A program made the position numbers and the translations under genes. A stretch of DNA of 64,000 bases. Source: Rhynchobatus australiae. Its lineage: Eukaryota. Under the pieces are notes generated by a model that was not told the DNA's origin, made no database searches, and saw only the letters and a program-made list of their open reading frames with translations. Location of the stretch: contig JAUZTB010000135.1 of assembly GCA_034780895.1 (NCBI GenBank), positions 74,080,331-74,144,330 of the forward strand, given 5' to 3'. This document shows, in pieces, positions 50,235-63,149 of this stretch (within the stretch, counting starts at the first letter, position 1; each line of letters starts with the position of its first letter).

Positions 50235-52250
50235 AGGTATCATTGCAAGGTCAGCATTTATTGTCCTTCTCTAATTGTCCCTGAGAAAAAGGTGCTGAAC
50301 TGCTGCCCTGAATTATTACAGCCTTTCTTGTGAGGTACTCCAGCAGTAGTTCCAGTATTTAGACCTGGTGAGGATGAAGGAGCAGCAATAAACTTCCAAG
50401 TCAGGATGGTATACAGTATGGGAAACCTATGTATGATGGTGTTCCCATGCACCTGCTGTTCTTGTCCACCTTGATAGTAGAGGTTATGGGTTTGGGAGAT
50501 GCTGTTGGACTTGTCCAGGCATATAACTGCTGTGCATTCTGCAGCCAGTGTGCTCGTGAAGGGGCTGAATGGTTAGAGTGGTGGATTGGATGACAATTAA
50601 GCAGGCTACATTGTTCTTGGTAGCTTACTCAGAATTGTTGGAACCGCATTCATTAAAGCGCAATGGAGATTATTTCATCACCCTCCTGGCTTGTGCCTTC
50701 TAGATGGTGGAAAGGCTTTTGGCGTATGAGGTGGTGAGTCATTCACTGCAGGATACCCAGTTCTATGACCTGTTCTTGTTGCCACAGTATTTGTGGCTTA
50801 TTCAGTTGAGTTTCTGGTCAGTGGTGGCCCTAGTATGTTGATGGTGCGCTATTTGTGATATTACCATTGAAAGTGAAAGGGAAGTTATAAAGTTTAAAAT
50901 AATTTATTAAGCACAATTATCAACATTATATGTACATGTATGCACAGGTGCAGCAAGAAACTTGCAGCAGCATCACAGGCACATAGCATTGTATAAGGAG
51001 TATTTCTCAAGAAAAGCATGAATTAAACAAATTGTACGCAATTTTTACAAGAAAACAATTAGAACAAAGTCCATTTCAGTGCCAAGTGGTCAGTGTTGCT
51101 AAACTATAGTGTTCAAGGTTCTGTCGTTTGTTTCAAGAACAAAATGGTTGAAGGGAAGTACTTGCTCTTGAACCTGGTAGTGTGGGACTTTGGGCTTCTG
51201 TACCTCCTGCCTGATGGTAGCTGTGAAAGGATGGCATGGCCCAGATGGTGGGGATCTTTGGATGTTGCCACCTTGAGGGAGCACANNNNNNNNNNNNNNN
51301 NNNNNNNNNNNNNNNNNNNNNNNNNNNNNNNNNNNNNNNNNNNNNNNNNNNNNNNNNNNNNNNNNNNNNNNNNNNNNNNNNNNNNACCAGACCATGATGC
51401 AACCAGTCAGGATACTTTCAACAGTACATCTGTAGAAGTTTGTTAGTGTTCGGTGACAAGCTGAACCTGCTTAATATCCTAAGAAAGTAAAGACACTGGC
51501 ACACTTTCCTTGTGATTTCCTTATTGTAGTCTCCTTTTGTTGGAGATTTTTGATACACTTTTTGTGGTGCTGATGTTACCTGCCACTTTTCAGACTGTGC
51601 CTAGACGTTGTCTGGGTCTTGCTGCATGTAAGCATGGACTCCTTCATTGCTGAGTAAAGAATTGTGAATGAAATTGCGTGCAGTTATCATACTTCTGAGC
51701 TTATGATAGAGGCAAGGTCATTAATGAAATAGCTGAAGATGGGTCGCCCAGAACCCTACTCTGAGGAGTTTGTGCATTGATGTCCTGGTGCTCCAATCAA
51801 CACAGCTATCTTTTCGATGAGATGACAGCTTCCTTCTTGTTAATAGCTGGATTGAATTTGTCCTGCTTTTTCTGAACGGGTCAAACCTGGTAAATATTCC
51901 ATACAAGGTGGATACCAGTGCTGTACCTGTACTGCAACTAGTCTCAGCTAGTTCTGGAGCACAGGTCTTTACTTCCCATCTGTGATACTGTGGTTTTTGT
52001 CTTCACTGTATCCAGCTCTCTCATCCATATCATGATAACAGGTGGAGTGAATCAAATTGGCAGGAAACTAGCATCTGCGATGGTGGAGTTCTCAGAAGGA
52101 AGCTGAGATGGATCATTTATTCTGCTCCACTTCTGGCTGAACATGGTTGTGAATGCTTCAGCCATTAGCACTTGCATGCTGGGCCTGCTGTCTCTGAGGG
52201 TTGCAATATCCTTGAATCATCCTTTTGGCTGCTTAATTGTCCACCGCCTT
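50235..52250 (-). mobile_element. CR1/L2-group LINE split by a Rex1 insertion
   Basis: Reverse homolog of 59290-60390; host sequence stops at about 50888 and resumes at about 51520. Confidence 0.6.
50886..51520 (-). mobile_element. Rex1/Babar LINE 3' fragment
   Basis: Contains ctgtacctcctgcctgatggtag and accagaccatgatgcaaccagtcaggatactttcaac, homologous to the 30112 copy. Confidence 0.75.
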
Positions 52251-52269
52251 TCGAGACTATGAAAATCGA

Positions 52270-53590
52270 TATCTGTAGAAGCTGTAATAAACACAAATGC
52301 TGAAAGTACTCAGCAGGTCAGGCTGTATTTGTGGGAAGAGAAACAGAATTAACATTCCCCTGAACTGAGGAGAGAAAAGAAGTGCATTGAGTTGTGGAGA
52401 AGCGGGGTGCCTCTTATAAGGTGAAATTGGGATGACCATGGGGATAAACTGTAAACAAGTTTATCTGGTCATTGAGTGAATGGGAGCTGTTAGAGAGTGA
52501 GAACGTAGTTCTGAAATGCTGAGCAGGAAGATGTGTCAGCAGGTCCTCCACTTCTGGGGGTGGAGTGGAGAAAAGCCAAAACCACAGATGGATGTCAGAG
52601 ACAGAAAGATAGAATTCCACAACTTCAGATAATTCTATCTTAAGTCCAGAAGGCTGCAGCATGCTCAGACTGAAGATGAAATGCTGTTCCTCAAGCTTGT
52701 ATTGGTCTTCATTGTAACTGTACAGGAGGCCACAGACTAGTCAGAGTGGGATGGAGAATTAAAATGGCAGGCAACAAAGCTCAGGGTCACCCTGCTTTTA
52801 TTTTAAATTTCCAGCATCTGCAGTTTTTGGATTTTTTTTGATTGAGACTATAAATCTGAAATAAAACCAGAAACTGCTGGAAACACTCAGCAGGTCAGGC
52901 AGCATATGTAGAAAGAGAACAGTTAACATTTCAGGTCAGAGACTCTTTGTCAGAACTGGGAAATAGATTTTACATTGCTGAAAAGGTGGCAGGNNNNNNN
53001 NNNNNNNNNNNNNNNNNNNNNNNNNNNNNNNNNNNNNNNNNNNNNNNNNNNNNNNNNNNNNNNNNNNNNNNNNNNNNNNNNNNNNNNNNNNNNTGTCAGA
53101 ACTTGGAAATAGATTTTAAATTGCTGAAAAGGTGGCAGGAGGGAAGGGATAGGACAGGGAGAATATCTGCAAGGGTAAGACCAGGTCAAGTGAGTAGTTG
53201 GAGAGTGATTATGCTGCTTTGTGTTACTATTGCTAATTGCAGGAGTGTGGGATGTGGCCAGCAAGTCAGACTGTACTACAGGGAGAGAAATAGCCATTTC
53301 TCATCGAAAAAAATATAAGTTACCTAACATTGGAGAATTCGATATAGTCTGGGAGATTGCAACGTGCCCCAACAGAATGTGAGTGTTGTTCCTTGAGCTT
53401 GCTTCAAGCCTCAGTGTAACAGTGCCAGAGGCCATAGACCATTCACAGTGGGATGTGCAATTAAAGTGGCAGGCAACAGGAAGCTTGGTTGCTCCAGTTC
53501 ACTGAACACAGGTAATCTGCAAAGCAATCGGCCAATCTGCATGTGGTTCCTCTAACATTGAGGAGACTACTTTGTGAACGCTGAAATAAA
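52270..53590 (-). mobile_element. Cluster of two Penelope-like 3' fragments with an inverted tail between them
   Basis: GIY-YIG C-terminal remnants at about 52620-52790 and 53320-53590 (TTCRLADCFADYLCSV); plus-oriented tail at 52792-52835; hammerhead motif at 52920-52958. Confidence 0.7.
52920..52958 (-). ncRNA. Degenerate minimal hammerhead motif (helix I intact, core CpG-decayed)
   Basis: Minus strand reads CAGUU-CUGACAA-AGAGUCUCUGACCU-GAAAU-GUU-AACUG, with a perfect 5-bp CAGUU/AACUG helix. Confidence 0.5.
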
Positions 53591-54154
53591 GAGAAGCCAC
53601 AGGAGTGACAGCAGTGGCAGGCAAAACAATGTGATCTAGCCCATGAGGTTCCATGGTAACTGGGTATTATCGACATTGTTTCAATCTTTGCCAACAGCTA
53701 GAAATTATATTTATCTGACCTCCCGTGATTGGAAATAAATTTTGATTGTGAAATTTAAGAGGCAATATGCATGTTTGTAAAGAATCTGTTTTCAAATGTG
53801 AAAATTCTGTTCTGTGTAATAAAATTAAATTGACTCCAGAGCATCTTTTAGATTTGACATTAGTAGCACTAATTTCTATTGGCTTAAGCTTTTTGGAGGT
53901 CAGTTGCATAACTTCTCAAATGTTGCACATTCATGGGTTGTAATTTCACACCATGTGAAATATTTTAAAACACTTTGGGAGATTTTACGGAGTAATGAAG
54001 GGGTATGGTAAACAAATCTGGAAGAATTACTTTCTTCATGGTTAGTGATCGTGCTGAATTTTATCCATATCCATATTCTTGGAAGCTAACTTGCATAGCA
54101 AAATGAGAACAATAAATCCATTATGTTTTTTGTTCCACCCATTTTGTTTTGCAG

Positions 54155-54241
54155 GTTGAGGATGAGCCTTTTAATCCAGATTATGTGGAAGTAGATCGAA
54201 TACTTGATGTCTCACATAGCATTGATAAAGATAGTGGAGAG
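54155..54241 (+). CDS. CHD7: CHD7-like exon (equivalent to human exon 9), start of chromodomain 2
   Basis: ttttgcAG acceptor, GAG|GTAAGT donor; 87 nt. Encodes [29 protein letters not shown]. The next expected exon (YLVKWCSLPYEDSTWE) was not found before position 64000. Confidence 0.95.
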
Positions 54242-56029
54242 GTAAGTTGTATGTTTACTGACTTTTGAGTTATTTTGCAAGAAATCTAGAATTAAAAATA
54301 ATTTCACATTGTTTACAAGATTCATGCATATTTCTTTACCTTCAATGAGTGTGTGGGTACAATTTTGTTCAATTTCATTGAAGTGACAGCTCGAGAATAG
54401 GGAAATAATTTATCTTGGTTTTAGGTTGAACTGAATGTTGCATTAATTAATGTGTCCTGAAGTACCAAGAGCCATTATTTTCACTTTTTTTAAACATGTA
54501 ATTGTGCAGTGACCAATTTTGGATAAATATCATTCCTTGAAAAATACCGTTTAAATTGTTTTTTCCATGATTCCCAACCAAGCATCTTTAAAGTTCTTGG
54601 ATGGTTCAGATGAGAATTTTGCTCTATAATCATATTCAGTAATTGAAGTTTGATACTAATTTTGATAGCTACTTTCCATTCTTATCAGTTTAAGTAATTT
54701 ACCATTTTTCTCAACTCGAGTAAAGTGTTATTCCAACTTATCTGGTAGTATTGTTTACATTCATTTGTAGCCCATATCAAGGTTTATTTCTTTGTATGGT
54801 AACTCCAGACAATTATGTCTCTCCTTGTTACATTCAAAGCGCAGCATTGCTGGAGTTTTTGCTGCGTTGATGTAGAGAGATCATTGTTATAAATGTCATG
54901 TTAAAGGAGCATCGCATCAATGAAACACTATAACAATCTGGCATTGATGACCCAAGACCTGTAGCAAAGTGGTTGACTTTCAACTGTCCTCAAATACTAT
55001 TCAGTCCAGAGCAAATTGGAGATGAAGGACATTGCATATGCAGCAATATCCACATCTTGTGAATGAACAAAGAGCTTCATGTAGAACAGGAAAATCTTTT
55101 CCTTGGTAATTTGTGCCAAACTTGGATGAGTTCACCTGCACTAGAGTGGACTTGTTAGTTGTGCCTCATTTTTAGGAATGAGAAACTGTTCGACTTGGTT
55201 GTTGCTTCAGATCGTTATTCAATTAATTTAGTTGGAAGTATGTACGTTAGAGCCCCAAAATAGGCTGTTTATGCAGTGATTGGCTGAAGATCAAATTTTA
55301 ATTTCCATGAAGAATAAGATTGCTATGGAAAACAAAATTCTGCCAACAGAACAAGTTCAGATAATTTGAGGAAAATTATTTCTAAAATATATTAAAAATA
55401 AGGAATATTGGATATGGTTAAGAAAGCAGAAATTGAAGAGTAGATTTGTGTGGAAGATTTTGTGGGAAGAGGGCCATAAATGATGTTGGGCTAAAACTTG
55501 CATCTGAACAAAATGCATGATTGAAAATAGATCAAAGGACCAAATTCAAGTGCCACGTATGTTGTGACATAGTTCTTAACTACAAAAAGACATTAAGATA
55601 AATGCTTTGAGAAACCTGCTGAAACTTTCAGTGACTGGTGTGAAATTGATCTTAAAGCAATGTATTAATTTATCAATTAACTCCAGTGTATAGCTGACTA
55701 GACCATNNNNNNNNNNNNNNNNNNNNNNNNNNNNNNNNNNNNNNNNNNNNNNNNNNNNNNNNNNNNNNNNNNNNNNNNNNNNNNNNNNNNNNNNNNNNNN
55801 NNNNNNTGACTAGACCATCAAACAAACATTTACAATAGTACACGACCTAAACGTTGTTCCATACTTTTAAAGGGAAATTGATAGTAAGTTAGGTAGCTAT
55901 CTTAGTAATTGAACTCGATAATTGAGGCAGTTTTTGGGGTTGAAGGAATAAAAGAAAATGATTGGCAGAGTTCCTGAATTATTAATCCTGAAGTTCTTTG
56001 TGTTTACGCTAACCCGTTACCAGATAAGT

Positions 56030-57620
56030 AATCCAATGGGTATAAAACAAAAAAAATCCAATTAGCAGGATGGGCTAAGAAATGGCAAATGAAGAAAAAT
56101 CTGAGTGAATACTTCACCCAAGACGTCTGAGATCAGAACATTATGAATATAAATAATCAAATTAATTTAAATTCTTTTGAGCTAGAGGATTGCTTAAAGA
56201 ATTCGAACTAGTTGTTTGAACATGTGCACATAAGTGTAGAAGAGACCAACTGGGGAAAGTTAAGACAAGGCTAAAGAGCTGGTGTGGGTAAGAGGGGTTC
56301 TGTTTTGTGGGACACTGGCACTTGTTTATGGACATAAAGGATGCCACACTAATGGGATGTGATCCATGTTGCATCCCATTGGTACAACATCCTTTATGTT
56401 CACAAACAAGTATACAGAGAGCTGGCAAAGGCTTCATCCCAGTAAAAAGATGGGAGGTTTCCACAAAAAAAAATCAAGGAACTATATCCTGCTAATATAA
56501 ACAAAATGAGAAAGATATAGGAAAGAATAAGATGAGGGAGGCCATTAGCAGCAAGGGAGTGAATAGATTTACAGCGCAGGGTCTAGAAAGATGGCTATAA
56601 ATGAGGTTAACTGTCTGTGCTGTACAGTAACTGGAGACAATTACATTGAGAGGAATCAAACATAGAAATTATTGAGAAGGGGCAATGGGAAAATCAGGAC
56701 CAGGAACTAAACATGGTGTGCAACCTATCTGGAAAAGAATGAGGGGAGAAAAAAGTGGAGATGACACATTTATCAGAGATAACATTGGCAACAGAAAACA
56801 AACCAGCCATCAGGAAGGCAAATTCATTTGGACAGAGGTAAAAGGTGATAAAGGATCAATCACATGATGGAGAAGTCTATAGACTACCCAACAGTGGAAG
56901 GTAGGTGACAGAAGAAAAGTATACAGATCAGTCAGGGAAATTTAAAAAGAAATTATGGGGATTTCAACTAAACCAACGTGATTGGACAGGGGGATAGATA
57001 AATGGTGTAAGAGAAAGTAGTTTCTGCAAATTATCCTTTCTGAACCAGTATACTTTTAGCAAAAAAAAACTAGGGCGGATTTGCCACTGGATTCCATAAT
57101 GGGGAATGAACCAGTACAAACGAGAAGTAAAAGTAGGTGAACATCAAGGCCTTAAAATCATAATGGAGACTAACATGAGTATGAGAGACACCAGGATAAT
57201 AGATTGGATAAAAGTTAATGTTGAGGCACTTTGAATCGACTTGGTAACAGAAAAGAGAGAAGTCATCAGGATAAAATGAGTAATAATATTGACAAACAAT
57301 GTAGAATAAGGATGGGAAACATTCAAAATGGAGTCCAATGGTCAGCAAAAATATTTTCTGCTAAGAGTGGAACAAACTGAACAATAATGGGACTTCATGG
57401 ATGAATCAAGAAATTGAATAACAACTGAGGATAAGAAAAGAGGCATGGATTAAGTACGCAGAGGAGTGCTCGAGGTGAAGGGATTGGGGAGAAGTTAAAA
57501 CACTATTGTGAAGGCAGGAGACATGAAATTAATAACGAACATAAAATAGTAAAATTCTGGAGGGTCTAGCTAAAGTGGATGCGGAGAGATTGTTTCTACT
57601 TGTGGAGAAGAGCATAACTT
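56030..57620 (+). mobile_element. Heavily decayed CR1 pieces including the APE endonuclease region
   Basis: attatgggggatttcaact-like IMGDFN motif at about 56952; gatgggctaagaaatggcaaatg (WAKKWQM) at about 56069. Confidence 0.5.
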
Positions 57621-57744
57621 GTCACCATGCCCAAACAAAACCACTAAAATAAACAATGTGCAACCTATCTGGAAAAGAGGAGGAGATGGGAGGAGATTTG
57701 AATGGTGTTTAAACACAAGCATGGAGTGGTTACTGTCAGTCATT

Positions 57745-58110
57745 GTTATTCAGCACAAACAGGCCCTTCGGCCCAACTTGTCCATGCTGACCAAGGTGTC
57801 TTCCTGAGTTGGTCTCATTTTCCTTCATTTGGCCTATATCCCTCAACCTTTCCTTTCTAGGTACCTGTCCAAATGTCCTTTAAGCATTATAATTTTACCC
57901 ACCTCTACTACTATCTCTGGCAGCTTGCTCCATATACCACCACCCTCTATGTGGAAAAACTTGCCCCTCAGGTTCTCTTTAAACCTTTCCACTCTCACCT
58001 TAAACCTATTCCCTCTAGTCTTATTCTCCCCTACCCTGGGAAAAACACTGTGCCTATCCGTCTTATCTATGGTCCTCATGATTTTATGTATCTCTAAGAT
58101 CACACTTCAG
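57745..58110 (-). mobile_element. CR1 LINE 3' end
   Basis: ORF 57843..58103 encodes FPRVGENKTRGNRFKVRVERFKENLRGKFF...IWSKLP...FKGHLDRY-like sequence, plus the CR1 tail. Confidence 0.8.
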
Positions 58111-58449
58111 CTGCCTAGACCATTGCGGATTGATAACTATCATCTGAAATGTCCTAGGGAGATACTGTTGTATTAAATTTACTCTATTAAACTATATCAA
58201 AATATTTTAAGAATAAAGCTAGATACGTTATCCAGCATTATCCTCTGTCAGATACTGACATGCTGACATGGCAAAAGCATTCTGTACAGAAAGCCCCTAA
58301 CTGACATGAGTTCAGTTCTGGAATCTATTCCTTCAGACAAATTTTATGTAAGTTGGATTCCATTGGAACTCAATGCACATTTATTTGTATTTTATATTCA
58401 GAATATGAAAGGATAGAAACCTACTATCTATGCACTTCAAGAATACAGT

Positions 58450-59100
58450 CTACATTAAATTAATGGAGTTGGAGATGGTGGTGATGGTAGGATCCTGGCT
58501 GTTTGGGTGAGGAGGATGGAGCTGGGGAATTGTTGATTTTACTGAAGCTGAAGGTGCTGGCAGTAATGCAGTTTTCATTACGAACTCAGTCAGGGTGAAG
58601 TGCACAGTGGCCTTTGTTTCATTGTCCCTTTTAGCAAGGGTGACCATCTTGGATTATCCTGATCTTTGCACATCTGCTGGTATTGGGGCCAATTTTCTCA
58701 AGACTTGCAGTTGTATTTCAAAGTGCCTGAATGCTTTGGCAAAGTCTTTTGCTTTGAATTTTGCTAGTGGTTCAAGCTAGGGTAAATCATCTGCTCTGGT
58801 CTCTTCAGTGATCATTTGAGTCTCCAACTCCATTAAATGTTCATTTATCAGCTCTTGAGAGTGGAATTCCGGCAACATTTTGATGTCGTGGACTACTTCC
58901 TCAAGCTCAAGTTGATTTAAAGTTCGACAGTTTTATTGGCCAATTAACCGCCTATTTCCTTAAAGCCCTTTAAATCGTGAATGAATTGAGGGCACATTAT
59001 TCCAAATCCATTCATATAGTTGACTTGATCTCTGCCTAGGATGCCAGTGTTCATTATGGCCTTGTATGTATCTTGCCTCTTTCAAACTTCCTGCAAAGTC
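58450..59100 (-). mobile_element. Tigger/pogo transposase C-terminal remnant
   Basis: Minus strand about 59020-58960 reads MNGFGIMCPQFIHDLKGF, resembling Tigger MNGVWKxLCPQFVHDFxGF; frameshifted. Confidence 0.5.
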
Positions 59101-59289
59101 TCTCCATGCTCCTATTAACCTGGGTAGCTTGAGCAAATGTCCTTCATTGATAATGCACCTTGAAATTTACAGTAACCCTTCAGTTCAAAGAGTGAGGTTG
59201 TGTTTGATGGCATGCACACAACCTTGTCCAGTTGGCATTGTCCCATTAGTGGGATTTTGAAGGGTATTCTTTGCCCTCTTTCAACTGAG

Positions 59290-60390
59290 GGATTAGGTGA
59301 TGCCTTTAATATGATGAAGTGAGAGTAACTGCCCTAGACATCAAGGCAGCATTTGATCAAGTATGGCATCATGGAGACCTGTCTACACTGGAGTCGATGG
59401 AAATCAGGGTGGGCACAAAGGAAGGCTGGTTGGAGGTCGATCATCTCAGCCGCGGGACATCACTGCAGGTGTTCCTCAGGGTAGTATCCTAGGCCCAACC
59501 ATCTTCAGTTCCTTCATCAATGACCTTCCTTCACAAAATCAGAAGTAGGGATATTCACTGATTGCACAATGTTAAGCATCATTTGTAACTCGAATAATGA
59601 AGCAATCCACAACGAAATGCAGCAAGACCTGGACAATGTCCAGGCCTGGTTGATGGGTGGCAAATCACATTTGTGCCACACAAGTGCAAGGTAATGATGA
59701 AATCCTATGAGAAAATCCAGTTATCACTCCCCTGACATTAACTGGCATTACCGTCACTGAATCCCCCATTATCAATACCCTGGAGAGGTTGCGATTGACT
59801 AGAAACGGAACTGGAGTAGTCACATCCACAATATGCCTACAAGGGTAGGTCAAAGACTGGGCATCCTGGGGTGAATAACTTGCCTCCTAACTCCCCAAAG
59901 CCTGGCCATCATCTGCAAGGTTCAAGTCAGGAGTGTGATAGAATACTCTCCATTTGGATAAGTGCAGATTCAACAACACTCAAAGCTTGACACCATACAG
60001 GACATAGCAGCCTGCTTGATAATTACCCCATTCACAATTATTCACACACTCCACTGATGCACAATGGCAGCAATTTGTACCATCTTCAGGATACACTGCA
60101 GCAACTTGCCAGTACCTTCCAAACTTATGCCCTCTACCAGCTTGAAGGACAAGGGCTGCAAAAGCATGGGAGCACCACTACTTGGAAATTGCCCTCCAAG
60201 CCACATGCCATCCTGACTTGGAAATGTATCGCTGTTCCTTTACTGCTGGGTCAAAATCCTGGAACTCTACCTAACAGCGGTGTGGATGTACCCACACCTT
60301 GAGGACTGCACAGGTTCAAGAAGGCAGCTTGCCACTGTCTTGTCAAAGGCAACCAGATGTGGACTTTGTAGGTTAACACAGTATCCCTTG
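59290..60390 (+). mobile_element. CR1/L2-group LINE, RT to 3' end
   Basis: Encodes VRVTALDIKAAFDQVWH...DITAGVPQGSILGPTIFSSFINDLPS, i.e. RT motifs A and B. Confidence 0.8.
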
Positions 60391-60979
60391 AATAAAAAAG
60401 ATGATAATATAGACACCCATTCAACAGGTAGAGAGCACTTACTAATCCCGTTCAATACCCAAGAGTTTTCAGCGTGGTATACTAAAGGGGTTTTAACATG
60501 CGGTTCCCAGCTGCATTGCTACCCANNNNNNNNNNNNNNNNNNNNNNNNNNNNNNNNNNNNNNNNNNNNNNNNNNNNNNNNNNNNNNNNNNNNNNNNNNN
60601 NNNNNNNNNNNNNNNNNNNNNNNNNCCCAGCAACAAAGTCCTTGGCTGCTATTAATCTGGACATTGATATTTCCTTCCTATCAATGTGTGTGATCTGGCA
60701 TTTTGTTCCAAAATAATCCTGCTTGTCACAATTAAACACTTGCTCAGGCAAAAAAAAACCCTCTCAAATGATTTCAGCCAACACTTTTATAAATTCCTTG
60801 GCTGCCTCCTAATCATCATTAGCAGCTTCACCACTTGTTTCACATTACGCAAACTCACACGAACTTTAAACCAATGAAACCTGTGACTCGTCGTAAACTG
60901 CCTCTGTTTTACCCTTCTTAGCTATTTTGTCTCCAAAGGTTATCTTGTAATCCTTTTGTAAACCTGCTGCAGTCTCAGC

Positions 60980-61380
60980 TATGCCTTTCAGTACTCAGCC
61001 AGCTCAGTTGGTGTTGAAGTCACCCATCCAGAGTAGATTCTGTGTCCTTGCTCTTCCTAGTATTCTTTCCAAGTTCCCTTCAACATGGAGCAACAGCTTT
61101 TTATCAGCTTGAGGGCAGTAAATAATGGCCAGGTCTCCAGGCCCAAATTTGATCAAATGTTGTGAGACTTGGTGGGGTTTGAAGTCAATGCCAAAAACAT
61201 GCAGGATTCCTCCTCGAGTGTATGCCAAGTCACCATCTCTGGTGGGTCTGCCTGACTGAAGCAGGGTGCACTCAGAAACAACGATGAATGAGTTGGAAAG
61301 CAAGTTGAAAGGTATTGTTCTGCAGGTACAACAGTTGCTCAGTTGCTTGATGGGTATGTAGGAGAGGTCCCTTTAACCTG
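60980..61380 (-). mobile_element. LINE APE endonuclease fragment
   Basis: ORF 61004..61303 ends LLLHVEGNLE...ARTQNLLWMGDFN. Confidence 0.6.
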
Positions 61381-61559
61381 GATACCAGTACAGAGATGCT
61401 CGGAACTTTGAAGCTCAAAAGCAGGTTCTCCTGAGATTACTTAACACNNNNNNNNNNNNNNNNNNNNNNAGACTTTTTTTAAATTCCCATCTGCAAATAT
61501 TTTTATCGATAGATGTAAATAACTGGGAACTACTGGTGGCCATGCAAGTGCAGGTGACA

Positions 61560-62420
61560 GCACTTTGGCTGTTGGGCTGAAAACTTTTGCACCAGACCTA
61601 ACTGTGCCTCTTCAAGTACAGTTACAACACTATCCTGAGTAACATCTTACAGTGTAGATACCAGTGTCCAAGCCAAAATATCCACAGATGCTTTATCAGT
61701 GATCTTCTCTCCATCATAAGGTCAGAAGTAATAATGTACAATGATCAATTTTATTCACAATTCTTCAAGCCCCATTCAGCAAGACTTGGATTATGGCCTT
61801 GTGTGGCAAATAATTGAAATGCACAAATGCTAGGCAATAACCAATAATAAGAGTGAATGTCAATGTTATGTGATTAGACAATGTCATTGCCTTCACTATG
61901 TTCCCTACCATCAACATTCTGGGGTTGCCACTGGAACTTTCCTATTGTGGGTACAAGAGTAGGTCTGTGTTGACTGACTATCCACAATATTTGCACCATT
62001 TATAAGGCACAAGTCAGGAATGTAGTGGAACATTGTCCATGTACCTGGATGAATACAACTCCAACAACACGAAGTTTGTCATCCAAGGAAAAGCAATTGG
62101 TTTTGTGTCCTTCCTACTATCCTGATCCCTCCACTGCTTTGGTGGTAGTTATCTGCAGTGTGTACCATTTACAAAGATATGTGGCAGCTCATGGAGGTTT
62201 CAACAGAACATCTGACATGCATGGCCTTTTATCACTTGGATAGATGAGTAATAGGTGCATGGGAATGTCACCACTTGCAGGTTCTTTTCCAAGCTTCACA
62301 GCATCCTGACTTTTTGAAATAAAACTAGAATTAAGATATTAGTCCTGCAACAACAAGTTCTAAAGGTACTGTGGGATTACCTCCTTGAGACTGCAGAGGT
62401 TTGGATCATCTATCACCTAT
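61560..62420 (+). mobile_element. Decayed copy of the same LINE family as 59290-60390
   Basis: Shared strings aaggcacaagtcaggaatgtagtggaa and cagcaagacttgga. Confidence 0.55.
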
Positions 62421-63149
62421 GGCAAATCCTGACTGAACCAATGGCACTCGCATCCCCCTTTTAGTTGATGTAATCCCTGGATTTCTTTGAAAAGCTCTAA
62501 TATTTCACACCTTAATATTTTTCATTTGTGTATTCATTTTATTGAATCTTTATTTCACACCAATATCCTTTTCTATAGAGGGGTATGCAGCACTGCATGT
62601 ATGACAAATCCAGATAGTATTGAGTGCAAATATAACATGCCTTCTTTGGCATTGTAACATTGAAAATGAAAGCAATTATAGATCCCATTCACCTTTTGTC
62701 ATGGGCTTTATATATACATTCCTGTCTATGCTCCAGATATCCCTTAAACAAGAGAAATAGTTATTTGATCGTGGTTATTTCAGAATTAAATTCAAAAGGT
62801 ATGATGGTCATTCCAGAAGTGATATATTTACTTTTCACTTCTGCTTTGCAAGGATATTATGCTTTACAAGGATTACATCTGCAAGGATATAATTCTCTTA
62901 AATGTTTTATTGAGCCAAATAACCTTTTTCTTTGATGTAATTTGAGAATCTAGATGATCAGCATTGGTAGTTTTTCTAAATGTTGGAGATTGATCTACCT
63001 TGTAGTTGAGTTTGATGTCACATAGCTTTCACATGGATCAGTACCAATTGGATAATTATATTTTGACCTAATTGTCCTTAAGCCCAAGAATGATTGAGGT
63101 CCTTTTGAAATCCTACAGACAATTTTCCTGCTAAAGATCTTCCTAGACT

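Noticed and set aside
3728-54241. Assignment of the gene as CHD8 or CHD9
   Set aside because: Despite the CHD8/9-like motif, several segments (DMTQISG, ENSDxDKTPPPSP, [20 protein letters not shown], GPVxEKIMS, ESGEEVE, KRFKAKQ) match recalled CHD7 better. A phylogeny is still needed to confirm.
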